Source: Ascidiella aspersa (lineage: Eukaryota). From it: 64,000 nucleotides of DNA. The position numbers were made by a program, and so were the translations under genes. The stretch lies in NCBI GenBank assembly GCA_963924565.1, contig OZ004612.1:13020001-13084000 (forward strand). The letters are read 5' to 3'. The notes under the pieces are model-generated. The model was not told the DNA's origin and ran no database searches. It was given only the letters and a program-made list of their open reading frames with translations. Below, one piece after another: positions 52,301 through 64,000 of this stretch (positions are counted from its first letter, which is position 1; each line of letters starts with the position of its first letter).

Positions 52301-55300
52301 TTTACACGCATACGTTTTGAAATTTTTGAAGGAGAATAAAGCTAGACATCACCTAATGTGGCGTTGAGGTGATTTCCTTATCTTTTTCGACATTGCCAGG
52401 TGCGATTTTTGGACTATTACGAAAAAATATTTCGATTATTCATAATTTGGACAATGACACGGAATTGGGAAAGAAGTGCTTCAAATAAGTGGCGAAAGTT
52501 ATAAATTTGTAAGTGACTTCCTAAAGGCGTTATTCCCAATTTAAAAAGATACTTCTGACTCCAATGTTAGTATGACGGCCTGCTTTTTTATTACGCAACA
52601 ATTATGTTATTACGAAAACATGGTGATTGTGGGTAATTATAACTAAAAAAGGTAATATAATCACCAGGAATTGTTTATTTTATTCATATAGGTAATACGA
52701 ACTCTTTAAGTTCTTATCGAGGTTAAAACGTTCCTATCGAGGTTAACGCTAAAAAAACGTCAGAAAAACTATAGTTAGCACACAGCTAGCAAATTGATTA
52801 TTTTTTGAGCAAGTAAGTTTAATACAATGGACCCAATGGCCATGTTTGAATGCCCCAGCATGTGATTAACACTGTTCATGGGTTATATATTTCTCTACAG
52901 GACAGGTTACACCTGGCGCCAGTTAAAAAGTAGATCCAATTGCTTTTTAATATAGAGTAGATCCGATTGCCTTTGCAAGGAAAACCAACACCGGCTGCGT
53001 TTCTCTACTAAAGCGTTTCTCTATACTTACCCTTCCGTGGACCTTGGGTGGAAGACGGCGTTTGCATGCACTTTGTGATCGTCCCACAATACCATTCCGT
53101 CCCACTCCTGCATTGCGTACGCGTTTGCGTCACCGAAGCTGTTGGCATCCCGCGTGATTCCCATTGATGTGTTCATGAAGAGGTCGTTTTCCTTAATCTT
53201 GTCATTGTTGCCGCATAAGCCTCCCACTTGGTTGTGTAGGGCTCCGCTCACCGAGATGACGATTCTACGATTGTGTTATAGTTTCTTCATTGCATGCTAA
53301 GCTTTGTTTGTAAACTAGTACAGGCGAACTAACGTTTGACTTTTAATCAAACAGTTTTTATGCATGGCGTAATATTCGTTTCTTATTTGGAATAATATTC
53401 GTTTTGTATTTGGAAATCAGTGACGGAATTTAAATAATTCAAGGATTATGTTATATCAGGCCTATCCATATTTTCATCGCGCAAAATGAGGACAAAAAGT
53501 CTAATGCAAATGGAGACATGATATCTCTTTTTGGATATTATACGCATATACAACAAAAAAACATGAAAAGGAAGCAAATTTATTTGGCAGCCTCATTTAC
53601 CCTGAGAATTTGATGCTTTCTTTGAAAAAACTAAAACTGCTAAAAAAGAACTTTTGAACAATTGTAAGTGTCAGAGAACCATTTATTTTTATTTGAAAAT
53701 AAAGAAATACCTTTTTTGAAAAAGCGTATGATATAGCCGTATGTTATGCTAACTTCAAATGGATAAATGCGAAGCACAATGAAAATAAACTTGTTTGTAG
53801 TGCGCTTAATTTATGCCACATTCTTTATTTAGGGTGCAGGCCGCAATATACTATATGTTATTCGGATTTGTGTAGCTCAAAGTTTCTCCTAGTATTGACC
53901 GAAATCACAAGGACGATTGTAGCCTACTCGTTGAACAAACCTACGAGAAGTTAACAGGCAAAAAACATCATTTATCTCACCCTCTATGGAAGTGCATCGC
54001 GACAACGAGTCCAAAGTCGAATTTGGCCACCGTTGAAGCTCCCAGGTATCGAACTACCAACCCCTCATATTCGCTGCCAGGAATAATGCGATGTCCGTTC
54101 ACCTGCAATTTTGTCATGATTATAATGATTTACTCAAATAACTCTGTTGTATGAAGCATTTGAGTGAGGTTGTTGTAAACACGGCATCTTTCATTCCAGT
54201 TTACCACCCTTTTAATAACATGTAACTATGGGCCCTTTAAATAATGTGAGCTTTATCAGTAATATGACTTAAAAAGAAGTGACATACTGTATATTTCGCA
54301 AAGTAGTATAATACTGTATATTTGCAGCCGTTTGAAATAACAAATCGCACCATTGGTGTTTGCAACTCCGAAGTCATGGTCACGACCATGCTCTTAAATC
54401 TGTCGCCTTCAGCCATAACGCCGATCGTAACCATCATTCCAACATTGCCGCTCGGTAGCATGTAGCTTCTGTCCACCACAACGCTGAAGTACGGCCAGTC
54501 TTTGCCACCATGAGCGCTGTAAAGTTTGTTTCCAGTAACAAAAATTGCCATCCGCTAAAGGTTGTAACGTGCCCATGCGAGAATCGTCAAAACAAGCGCA
54601 CTTTGGCGTTATTTCATCCATACCATAGTATAATTCTGTGCTGTCTATTCAGCATAAATTTTAAATTGTGAGGTATTCTTGTGAGGTAATTGTGAGGTAA
54701 AGCCGTAATTCAAATTTCAGGGGATAATTTCAAAGGATAGTAATTTATGCTTGACAACAATATCTAAAACAGTATAGACTTTCTTGTCTCAGTCAAAATC
54801 AGTCACTATATAGGTTCTAGTTTATAAAAGAGAAATATATTTCGCCAATCACGGCATCATCAGTCTCTTAATTCGAATGAAACAATATCTATTGCGGCTT
54901 TTGGGTGACTGCCTTTTTTACGTGGCCAAGATAGCAGTCGGGATTATTACAAAAATTGATTTTGGTTTTTACACTTTATACAGTACTTGCCCACGTAAGA
55001 ATCGGCAAAACAATTGCACTTGATAATGTAAAATTTATCATGTACTGTTTACTTGACTGGTTCAAGCACTATTGAAAATCACGCATGAGTGTTCTACCTG
55101 GTGTTTTATAATTTATTAACCTTGTAGTGTTGTGGCATATTTTAGGACGTTTTTTTTATGCTGATTTTGTTCTACTGACGAAAGACAACCAAGCGTTGTT
55201 CTGTTTTAAGGCGTATTATAAAAAATCATTGGTTACTTTATACAAGTAGGCCCTACTGTAAAGATGAAAATGGCCACAAAAAACGCGCGACTTACTGGAC

Positions 55301-58300
55301 GGCCGTATACGTGCACTCCCCGTCAAAGTTGTACTGCAGTTGGTCGAAAGTAGAAATGTAGGTACCGCCCCAAATAACACAGCTCGAAGTCTGCAAAGCA
55401 AACGTGTAGAATAATTTCATTTTTGTGATTGTGAGTTTCAACACTGAAAGGTCAGTATGAACTATTCACTTTCAAAAAGTTAAACTTCAAAGTTAAACTA
55501 ATAACAGAATCGCTTTTAATGATATTGTACCAATTCCTAAAAGTTTAAGTATGAACTAAACTGACTACGTTTACCCTACATAGGTGGTTTTTAACAAGGG
55601 TGCCGTGGCACCCTTGGGTGTCATTTCTAATGCTCAAGGGTGCCGAGAGACATTTAAAAAAACTGATTTCAACTCTTACATTTTTTGTTTAAGATTAGAT
55701 TAGAAAAATCCAATTATAACTTCCTACGTTGTGTAGAGTGGATGTGTGTTGTTCCAGTTCTGATATTGTGACATTCTAGTGAATTACCTACGGTAAAATC
55801 TTGTAGGGGTGCCGCAATTTGTTTAATATTTCTGAGGGGTGCCGTTAGCAATAAAAGGCTGAGAAACACTGTCCTACATATTGGTGTTCGTAAATGTACC
55901 CGCAATACTGTAAACGTTTACGACAATAGAGGCTTTTACATATGAATTATAATGCTCTTAGGTCAATCAATACTCGACATGTTTTTATTAACTTCTTCCA
56001 ACAAAAACTTAATAACAAATAATGTCGATTTTTATTGTTGAGAATGATAGAAAAGTTTACCTGTTATCCAGGGGCCTTACTTTAATAAAAAAAGATGCGC
56101 ATTCAGTCAGGACGCTTTTTGTCACATGTTTATGCATCGTGGTGATGGCTGGCATGCTTTATCTAGCAAGCGCCCAAGTTCACCAGACAGTGACGCAGAG
56201 TCCGACTAGCGTTTCGTGCCCTGCTTTGTCTTCGCGAATCACCCCCGAAAACTTGTATTTATAAGCGAATATACCAACCGGCTCGACGCATTGATACGTG
56301 CTTCCCACTAGCATGCATTCTTCCTCGCCTACGCATGAGACGTCCTCGCATTCCCAGGTGTTAGGTCCGACGCAAGCGCATCTTCTCGTACAATTTTTGT
56401 CCATCTGCACGACTCCTGCGCGAGATGGTTACGTCGTGTTTCATTCGAGTTTTTGCCAGACAAAGTTTTCGAAACGAGTGACACATTTCGCACGAAATAC
56501 TTGTAATATCTCTAGGATTGACAAAATTAAATCGCACTTCTTTTTAATATAGAATAACATTAGGTTTACCAAACGTCCCAATTTCCAAAAAAAATATGGC
56601 AACGTTATTTTTAAAAGATATTGTAAGTGTTTTATATTAGATGCAACCCTTCATCATTAACAAATCGATTTTAACAAATCTAAAAAGGTATTTTGACTAG
56701 GTTTAAACGTGCATTCTATTGCAGGAAGCATAGAACCGGAAAAGCCAAAAAGTAAGAAGGTTTAGCCATTAATAAGGTGGACTTAACCTTTTTAGTGTCA
56801 CCAATTGGATTTTGATGGGTTTTAATTAACACTTTGCAAAAAGATTGTGGGCTGCGAACAGTTCATGAATAAACGTCAACAGAATGGCCTGACAGTTTAC
56901 ATTGAAATGAACACAAAAAAATCGAAGAGAGTAAACGCTGATACGAATATTCGGACTTTAAAGATACCGTCTAATCGCACTGTTTCCCCTTTATATTAAC
57001 TTTCCCTTTATATTAGTTGAGTTGTCCCTCTATATTAATTGTCAAATTCCGCTTTTGAATCTAACTATACCGACAGTGCAACAACAACCGCAGAAAAATG
57101 GTCCAGTTTATAGTGTCCGAATGATATCGGCGGTTTGGTCCGGAAATCAAAACCTTATCACGTTAGGTCAAAGTTTGTCAAAATTTTTTCAATTTAAAAT
57201 CAAATAATTAAAAAAAAAATTATTAAAAAAAACAATAGCCAGCTTTTTGAAATTGATCGTTCATTTTTTTTAATTTATTGTTCAATTTTATGCAAAAAAA
57301 TAAGTTTTTTTTAATTTATATTTAAAGTCATTTCAACCGTATTATATCTTCGTTAGAGCAATATACGGTATAAAAAACGTGTTAATAACGACGCCTAGGT
57401 TATTTAAATCAATGTATTTCTAACAGGTCAAAATTTTATGTTGCACTGAATATGTGAAAAATAGAAATCACCTTGACCCTTGCAAGATAAATGTCGACCT
57501 TAATTCCTGATCAGTAACAGCAAAATAATCTACCAAAGCTAGCAATTCAGGTCAGACACATTAACCAGATCTTAAAAGATATATATATATATATATTTCG
57601 CCAACTAAGGCATCGTCAGTATATCTTAATTCGAATGAATCAGTCTAATTAAGATATACTGACGATGCCTTAGTTGGCGAAATATACATATATTTTTTAA
57701 GATCTGGTTAATGTGTCTGACCTGAATTGCTAGCTTTGCTAGATTATTTTGCTGTTCAGGTCAAAATTTTGTCAGAATAAATTGTTTTTAGGTCAAGGTT
57801 TGTCAAAAATTTATTTCTCGGGTCAAAAAATAATCGCCCTACTTATTACTAAGAGAAGGCAAATTTACCCTGCTCGACTGGGAGCTGACCCTCTGGGTAG
57901 CACATGCATTCGTCCTCGCGAACACAATCTCCGTTTTCCCACAAGTAGCCGAATTCACAAATACAGCGATCAGCAAGACCCGTTAACGGGCATCTGCAAA
58001 GAACAGGTAATGTCTTCGACAAGGCTGAAAAAAAAACGTGACTAAAGCCGCATTCCAACGTATAGTTTCTGAATATCTTATGTGTTCAATTCTATTCTAA
58101 TTTGAACAAAAAGGCAACACCATGTTTAGTCTCTCAATCGGAACGAAGAATTTGAATTAATAATCTTATATGTCAAAAAGACCTAAAGGTCAATTTTAAA
58201 GTTTAAAAGCATTAAAATAACTATACTACCACAGGATATATGCTATTCACATTAATAAAAGAAGATTTATCCTAAATTTATGTTGAACTAATTAAATGGT

Positions 58301-61300
58301 CTTAATTGAAAAAAGTAGATCCTCTAAGTTTAGTGTCGATTTAATTTAAAAAATCTAAAATAAATCTAGTTGTCCAAGTCTGCGGACGTGTCAGAACAGT
58401 TTTGTTTTTATTTTAACACATTTTCCGTATATAGTTACAACTTTGCTAAAACGTTTTTTGCGTGTTATTGTGTAGTATAAGTTCAAGTGTTACAAAACTA
58501 CCAAACGGAGTTTTCATTTGATAGACAGCTTTTCTTTTTATGTTAGGAAGCTTCTCCATTAGTATATAGTCAACAAAAGATCGTACACATTGCCATCCTT
58601 GTCAGAAAAGCGAAGTTAAAGCTATATACATATACAGTGCTAAAATTTCTTACGATTCTGATCTAGTCGGGTTCTGGCAAGTGTTTGGGCACTCCGATTG
58701 GCACGTCTCGAAAGACGAATGTTCCGAGCATGGTGGCTGGGTGATATTGGTATATTCAACCCAGTTGCACAGCACCACATCTTTATCCCTGCAAGCATCC
58801 ACCAAGGATTCAAGGAGCTGTTGAAAATAGTCCTCCTTACAATCTTTCGAATGTCAATTATATTTAACACATTTTTTAATAAATTAACCAAAGCAAAAGG
58901 CTTCCTGTCTTCCCAATTAGGGGTTCAATTCTAACAAAGGCTTCCTATTTGCCTACTATGTCTTAAAAAAAAATTGCTTGATGTGCACTATGCAGTTATA
59001 GCGACGTTTTATAGTTCGTGGAGAAATATTTTGCTGATCGTTTCAAACAAACTGTTAACCCATGTGTCGATTTTATTTTATTTTGGCATTAAAGAGGAAG
59101 CTTGATTTTACACAATTTTTAGGGAAATACGTCGAGTATCTTTTCTCACATCATTTTGACCTTCTAAAATGTTAATAAACCCCATTTGTTAATACAGTAA
59201 GTACATCGTTACCCCTGGTAAGATCAAGGTTCGAATTTTCCTTTATAAAACTGTGGACTGCAATTATTAAGTGGACAATAAAGACTATATAGAGGACCTA
59301 GTGTTTTGCATGTAAATAAAGCAAAATGTGAACAACTAAACAACTGGGTGCAACATTTTTCGATTTAACGGTCAAACATAGCACCTCATATATTTGCCAA
59401 AGCAAACCATTAATTATGTCGAATTTCTTGTTTGGGGATTGTAGCTTACCAAGTTGCGCGTCATCAATCGGCCCATCTGACAGGCGTCAAACAAGCAATC
59501 CTTGAACGCTTGCCTAATCTCGTCTTCTATGTTACACTTGGCAAACAATGGGTTGGTTATGTTAAAGATGCCACAGTTCTCTTCCGTGTACCTGAGAAAA
59601 TAAATATTTGTAATTTCATATACAGCTTGACCTTACGTTGTCTCCTACAATTGCGTTTAAGCATAAATCGTGCGAATTGCTAAAATTGGTTATCGTGGCA
59701 GTGCTGGAAAGAGTAGGCCTTAATAAACCAAATCAAATCGGTAAAAATAATAAAGAAGGGATGACTTTTCCCAATTTCTCACTTAATTCTAATTTTCTGT
59801 CGGGCAATGTGAACTCCCTTACAAGATGAAATGAATATATTGTTAATAAGCTATTTCAACGAGCCATTACCATGGAAGTTTATCGGCCTCCGAACATTCG
59901 ATGGGGGTCGGGGGTACCGGGCTGTCACATGCGCCGTACTGATGACTCTGGCCGAAAATATTGACGTCGGTCGTCACTGTGCCGTTAGACATCTGGAAGT
60001 CATCGGTGGGGTCGCCGTTGTAGTTTCCGCACAGACCAGAAACCTGGACGGAAGATGTTATCTTAAAAGCAATACCCTTAAACAGTTTTTCGGCTCTCTT
60101 AACTCGCCAAGCAAACACGTCACAATAGATTTACGTTTTGGACTAATCAAGCGCCAACTTTTATTAAACATTTTTCACTGACGAAGCAGACAGATTTTGG
60201 TTCCATAGATTGAGTGTGATCGAAGTTTGAACAGCATTCAATATTGATTTATGTGGGTAACTACGATATCGTTTGACGATCACAAAGTGGTTTTATTTGA
60301 GATAAAGAGGCTGCATAACGATACAGGAAAGATGCTTTGAATACATGCTGTATTCAATTGAAGAGTTTCTAGAATAAGACAAAAAACTAATAAAAATGAC
60401 TTACATGCCGGGCAAATGTTCCTGGTACTGTCACCACAAGGGTTCTGCTTTGGAAAGATATTTTAAAGCCGTCGAAGTAGAGTATCGCTCTGTTGTTGAT
60501 TGTTTCGATGCTGAAAATGTCCTTTAATGTCCACGATCTGGTCACGAACCGGTCGTTGGGTGCAAACCAGTCGACAAGCTAAGAAAATATCCTGTCAGGA
60601 ACTGCGCATATTTTGGACTGTATTACCGTACACTGGATGCCAAATTATATCATAACAAGGTTTTGACTGAATTTACTTGTTTCTTGTCACAGTTATTCCG
60701 CCAGGTGCGACATTGGAACTGTGTTCTAAGAATTGTATTTATATCGCTATTAAACTATATACAGCACAATTTTTATATATATAAACTGTGTTGTATATAG
60801 TTTATTAGAGTTGTAACGACGTGCTTATACTTCAACAACAGCCAATAACATACAGCCCGTTTATACAAGCACTGTTTCGAAGTTAAGTAGACTAATGTGG
60901 CTATATTTTGGAAATAGCGGACTTGCAAATTTGGTGTGGTTAACGTCAATTAATTTTTTAAATTATTCAAAACATAGGTTTGGTGTTATGCTCAGGTCAC
61001 ACGAGCTCACAGGACTACGTATCGGTTTGGAATTAAAAAAATCCACTAAATGTATTTGTTTTACTTTACAGATGTATATACATCAAACAGCGATGAACTT
61101 AATGAACAGTCGAACAACGCTATTTAACAGTTTATAAAAAAGCTAACTATAAACCGTACCGTGAAAGACCCGTGGTTGTCAGGTGTGGTATCCAAAATCC
61201 ACTTCATTTCGCGACCGTCAATGTCTAAGGTCACAAAAACGGTCTTGAGCCACGATACATGGTTACGGCCGAACAAGTTCTCGTTTTCGGTGACGATCAG

Positions 61301-63829
61301 CACTCTACGATTGGTGTGCGGAATCGTAGCGTTAAGGAAGACGTACTTGCAGTTGCCCTGGAAGTCGTAGTAGCCACCGTCCAGGGTCATGTAATGCGGG
61401 TCGCCGCTGGCCGTGCACTGGGCCGATTCTAACGTTAAAACAAGAAGTGGCGTAAATGCTGCCTTATGAAAATAGCTATGGATTCGAATATGGATAAAGT
61501 CTAGCACAAAAACGACGCGCGCAAGGGGTTATAAGGAAGAAAGAGTAATTTATTTGGTTTGTAATGCACACTTTGACTTTGTTTTGTTTTAATACCGCTG
61601 GCGTTTCATTTGTAGGCCTACTTGTTCAAAACACGATGTTTAAGGTAATAGCGTTTTTTTTACTCTCAATTGCTAATGTATTTATCGAAAACGTAAAACC
61701 GCTTTTCGTGTATACGGATAACAAATAAGCGCCTACAGTATATTTCGCACATAGTTTAGCTTGAAAGGAATGAAGCGTGGAAAGTTTTACAGATCGTTGG
61801 TTAGAGACCGAAACGTCCTCTCCATACTAATATAACGCCACAAACAAGGCGCAGTGTTTTAAATTTTTGACTTGAAAAAAACTTTAGCTTTTGAAGCTTG
61901 AATAAGCCAAAATGGTCGACATAATCTTGATTAAGACTTTTCGATACGAGAGTGTATTTTATCTTCAGTTAATGTGGCACCCGAAGGTGCTAATTACTGC
62001 CCCGACAAGCTACATTACAGATCCGTGCATAGTAGTGTACTTATTTTAATAAAAAATAAAAAAATGGTATTGCCAAATGCATCAGTTCGAATTGCCTCGT
62101 TCTCGTCGAGCTTACCACTGGCGACGCATTGGTACTGCTTCGTGGCAGGTGACACTTTGCAAACCTCCCCCGCGGCACAGCTGGTTGGCTCACAGGTCAA
62201 CCTGTTGTTAGCACACGTGCATGTCGACGTGCATCCGATCGTTTTGAAAGTTGCTCTATTCTAAAATACAGTAAGTTGTATTAAAAATCAAAGTTTACTT
62301 GACTGTAGCACGACGATCAATTTTGGCGTGGCGCTTTACCGAACCTGGTAAACCTGAAATCAAGTTAGAACAGGCCGCACCAAACTCCGAACTTATGAGA
62401 AGAGGCCAGTCTCAATAGCTTATCTTTAGTTGCTTAATGATTTGCCTGACAACGTTGCCAGTAGAATATCAGTAATAACAACCGGTTATTAGCATACATC
62501 ACTTGAAGTTAAACAAGAAAGTGGGCAAAAGTTTGTTAATATACCTTGTAGTAACGCCCGTCGGACAAGCAACCGCAGTCTTCGCGACGAACGCATTCTG
62601 TTCCTGACAGTACGTAGCCATCGTTACACTGACAACCTAAAGGGCAACAAAATTATGTTACCATCCGAACTAAATAAATTTTAAACATTTGGTGATACTC
62701 ATTTTCGAGGCAAAGAGTAATAAAGCGTTTGTCACAAAAGATGGTCATCTAATGTTTACCATTGTTTACTTATAAACAGAGGCCGGGTTATGCTGTAAGC
62801 CTTGTAAGGCTAACCAGGAAATGTGACAACATCTGATTTTCTTGGAGGAGACAAGCTTCAATATGAACGAAAAAGTAAAAAAAATAACATTCTTTAAAAT
62901 TGACATTTATAAAGGAGAGAAGACACGACCTTTCAGTTCATTTTAAACGTTTCTTCTTTCTTTTTTTGTGTTTATGGCTCTAACGATGGCCTGAGTTTAT
63001 GTCAAAACGTTTGTAGACAGCACAATTAGTCGATTTTATCGAATGTTATGACTTTGTTATTTTTATTAAAATCACGAAGGAAACCCACGTATTATGTTTG
63101 AAAACTACAAATTACTAATTAAAAGGTGCACAGCCCATCTAAAATAGCTTATCGACTCCCCGAAGCGCTGATTTGTTCAATACGTATGTGGTGTAAAACT
63201 AACACAAATAGGTATAATGTATGTTGTTCCTCAGTCATATTACCAGCAGCAAAGTTGCATCCATACCTGATACAGCGAGAGCGATACAGCGTTTGGCAGC
63301 TGTCGGATCCCGGCAAGTGTTGGGACAGGCGCTTCCCGCATGCTCGTAATGCTGGTTGGGTCCGCAAGTTTTGGCTAAAATAACAAATAACCAGTTAATT
63401 GGTAGAAAGGATTGCGTTGGTCATTTCTGTTTAGTTAACGCAATGATGAACTGGTGTGGATCCAGGGGGCTGGGCATCATGCTATGCTCACGCCAAACTA
63501 TATTTTTACCAACTTTTCTTATGTTAAAACAGCAATTTCATTATAAATACTGTACGAGTTTGTTTTATCTGCCTAATGCCTCGCACATATTCTTTCAAAT
63601 TGAAAGCACGGTCCCATTTAAACCAAATAAACGCCTTTGATTGCACTTAGGTGCGGTTTAACTGGATTAAGCTGCATTTCCGCACGAGTTTGCTCTTACG
63701 TATATCGGCTACTTCTCTCCAGTTGCACACTTCGACTCTTGCCTTTAGGCACGACTCGGCGTAATCTTCCAATGCCTGTCCGAGCGCCAGTTTGTCACCT
63801 TCGGTAATGCACATGTCGAAAAGGCAATT
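46379..63829 (-). CDS. 3' part of a large secreted VWD-C8-TIL repeat glycoprotein (FCGBP/zonadhesin/tectorin-like) ending in EGF-like and WxxW (CysD) domains; the 5' end lies beyond the window
   Basis: More than 20 small exons. C8 (CLFDMC, ~63700-63829); TIL (CGKRLSQHLPGSDSC; CQCNDGYVLSGTECVRREDCGC); VWD with CTASGDPHYMTLDG (~61158-61428) and GLCGNYNGDPTDDF (~59870-60050); second VWD (GLCGNNDKIKENDL, ~53030-53260); EGF (ECKYDNGGCGGKC, ~48570-48690); WTMWFDTDNS...GLLCDNSDQKDGKLCPDFRVRFLC* terminus. Confidence 0.88.
49389..50136. mobile_element. hAT-type MITE with perfect 8-bp TSD
   Basis: TIRs cagtggttcttaacc / ggttaagaaccgctg; TSD ccttaaag at 49381-49388 and 50137-50144; subterminal gcgccccc motifs. 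Confidence 0.9.
50247..50545. mobile_element. Degenerate copy of the palindromic hammerhead element, right arm longer
   Basis: The reverse complement of 50400-50545 matches 57432-57578. The left arm has a decayed core (CUAACGA). Confidence 0.7.
54828..54869 (-). ncRNA. Solo minimal type I hammerhead ribozyme with canonical core
   Basis: Minus strand: AAGAGA-CUGAUGA-U-GCC gugauu GGC-GAAA-UAUA-UU-UCUCUU. 6-bp stem I, 3-bp stem II, palindromic stem III. Confidence 0.8.
55581..55871. mobile_element. hAT-type MITE with gggtgccg repeats
   Basis: Four gggtgccg motifs; right end tgagaaacactg; flanks ccctacat/tcctacat. Confidence 0.65.
57432..57757. mobile_element. Palindromic double-hammerhead element (VWD gene intron), left arm longer
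   Basis: Same family as 41908-42133. Cores are CUGACGA on both strands (57576-57627 minus; 57651-57696 plus). Confidence 0.85.
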
Positions 63830-64000
63830 CTGCAAAAGAATAACCCTACGTTATTAAAAATTTGGAGTTTCCTGCTCAATAAGTAATATATATTAGTCTA
63901 ATCAATATATCATCAAATTAGGATAATTTTTCAAAGTTTCTCGCTTTTTCATTGCATGGCCATAAACTTGGATTAGGGATAGCCGATGCTATGTGTTTTA

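Noticed and set aside
60750-60806. AT-rich hairpin as a possible miRNA
   Set aside because: Low-complexity palindrome with no other support; more likely a repeat remnant.
61785-61822. Hammerhead-like GGT-tagag-ACC-GAAACGTC
   Set aside because: No CUGANGA core upstream and no stem I; at most a decayed relic.
62975-63015. ctaacgatggc...gtcaaaacgtt resembling a hammerhead
   Set aside because: Both core segments are mutated; cannot be supported.
1-64000. CRISPR arrays, tRNA/rRNA genes, intact transposase or reverse transcriptase ORFs; other short ORFs in the track
   Set aside because: None recognised. The remaining short ORFs are antisense or off-frame shadows of exons, or random intronic ORFs.

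Overview
Compact, AT-rich, intron-containing animal genomic DNA. It is most likely a tunicate (ascidian), inferred from gene style, short introns, operon-like spacing and mosaic CpG depletion. Gene order: gamma-tubulin (+), an orphan class A GPCR (-), an orphan protein with several TQT motifs (+), RNF17/TDRD4 (+), a tight same-strand cluster RFC5 - ASDURF-like microprotein - holocarboxylase synthetase (HLCS) (+), and the 3' part of a large secreted VWD/C8/TIL (FCGBP/zonadhesin-like) gene (-). Introns and intergenic DNA carry many non-autonomous DNA transposons, several with 8-bp TSDs, plus Penelope-type retroelement remnants. Two observations stand out. (1) An ASDURF-like prefoldin microprotein ORF ends 24 nt before the HLCS start codon, instead of lying upstream of ASNSD1 as in humans, probably within an RFC5-ASDURF-HLCS operon. 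(2) A family of short palindromic elements carries back-to-back minimal hammerhead ribozymes with covarying stems. All exon boundaries were read by eye, and homologies are recalled from known family motifs; no searches were run.
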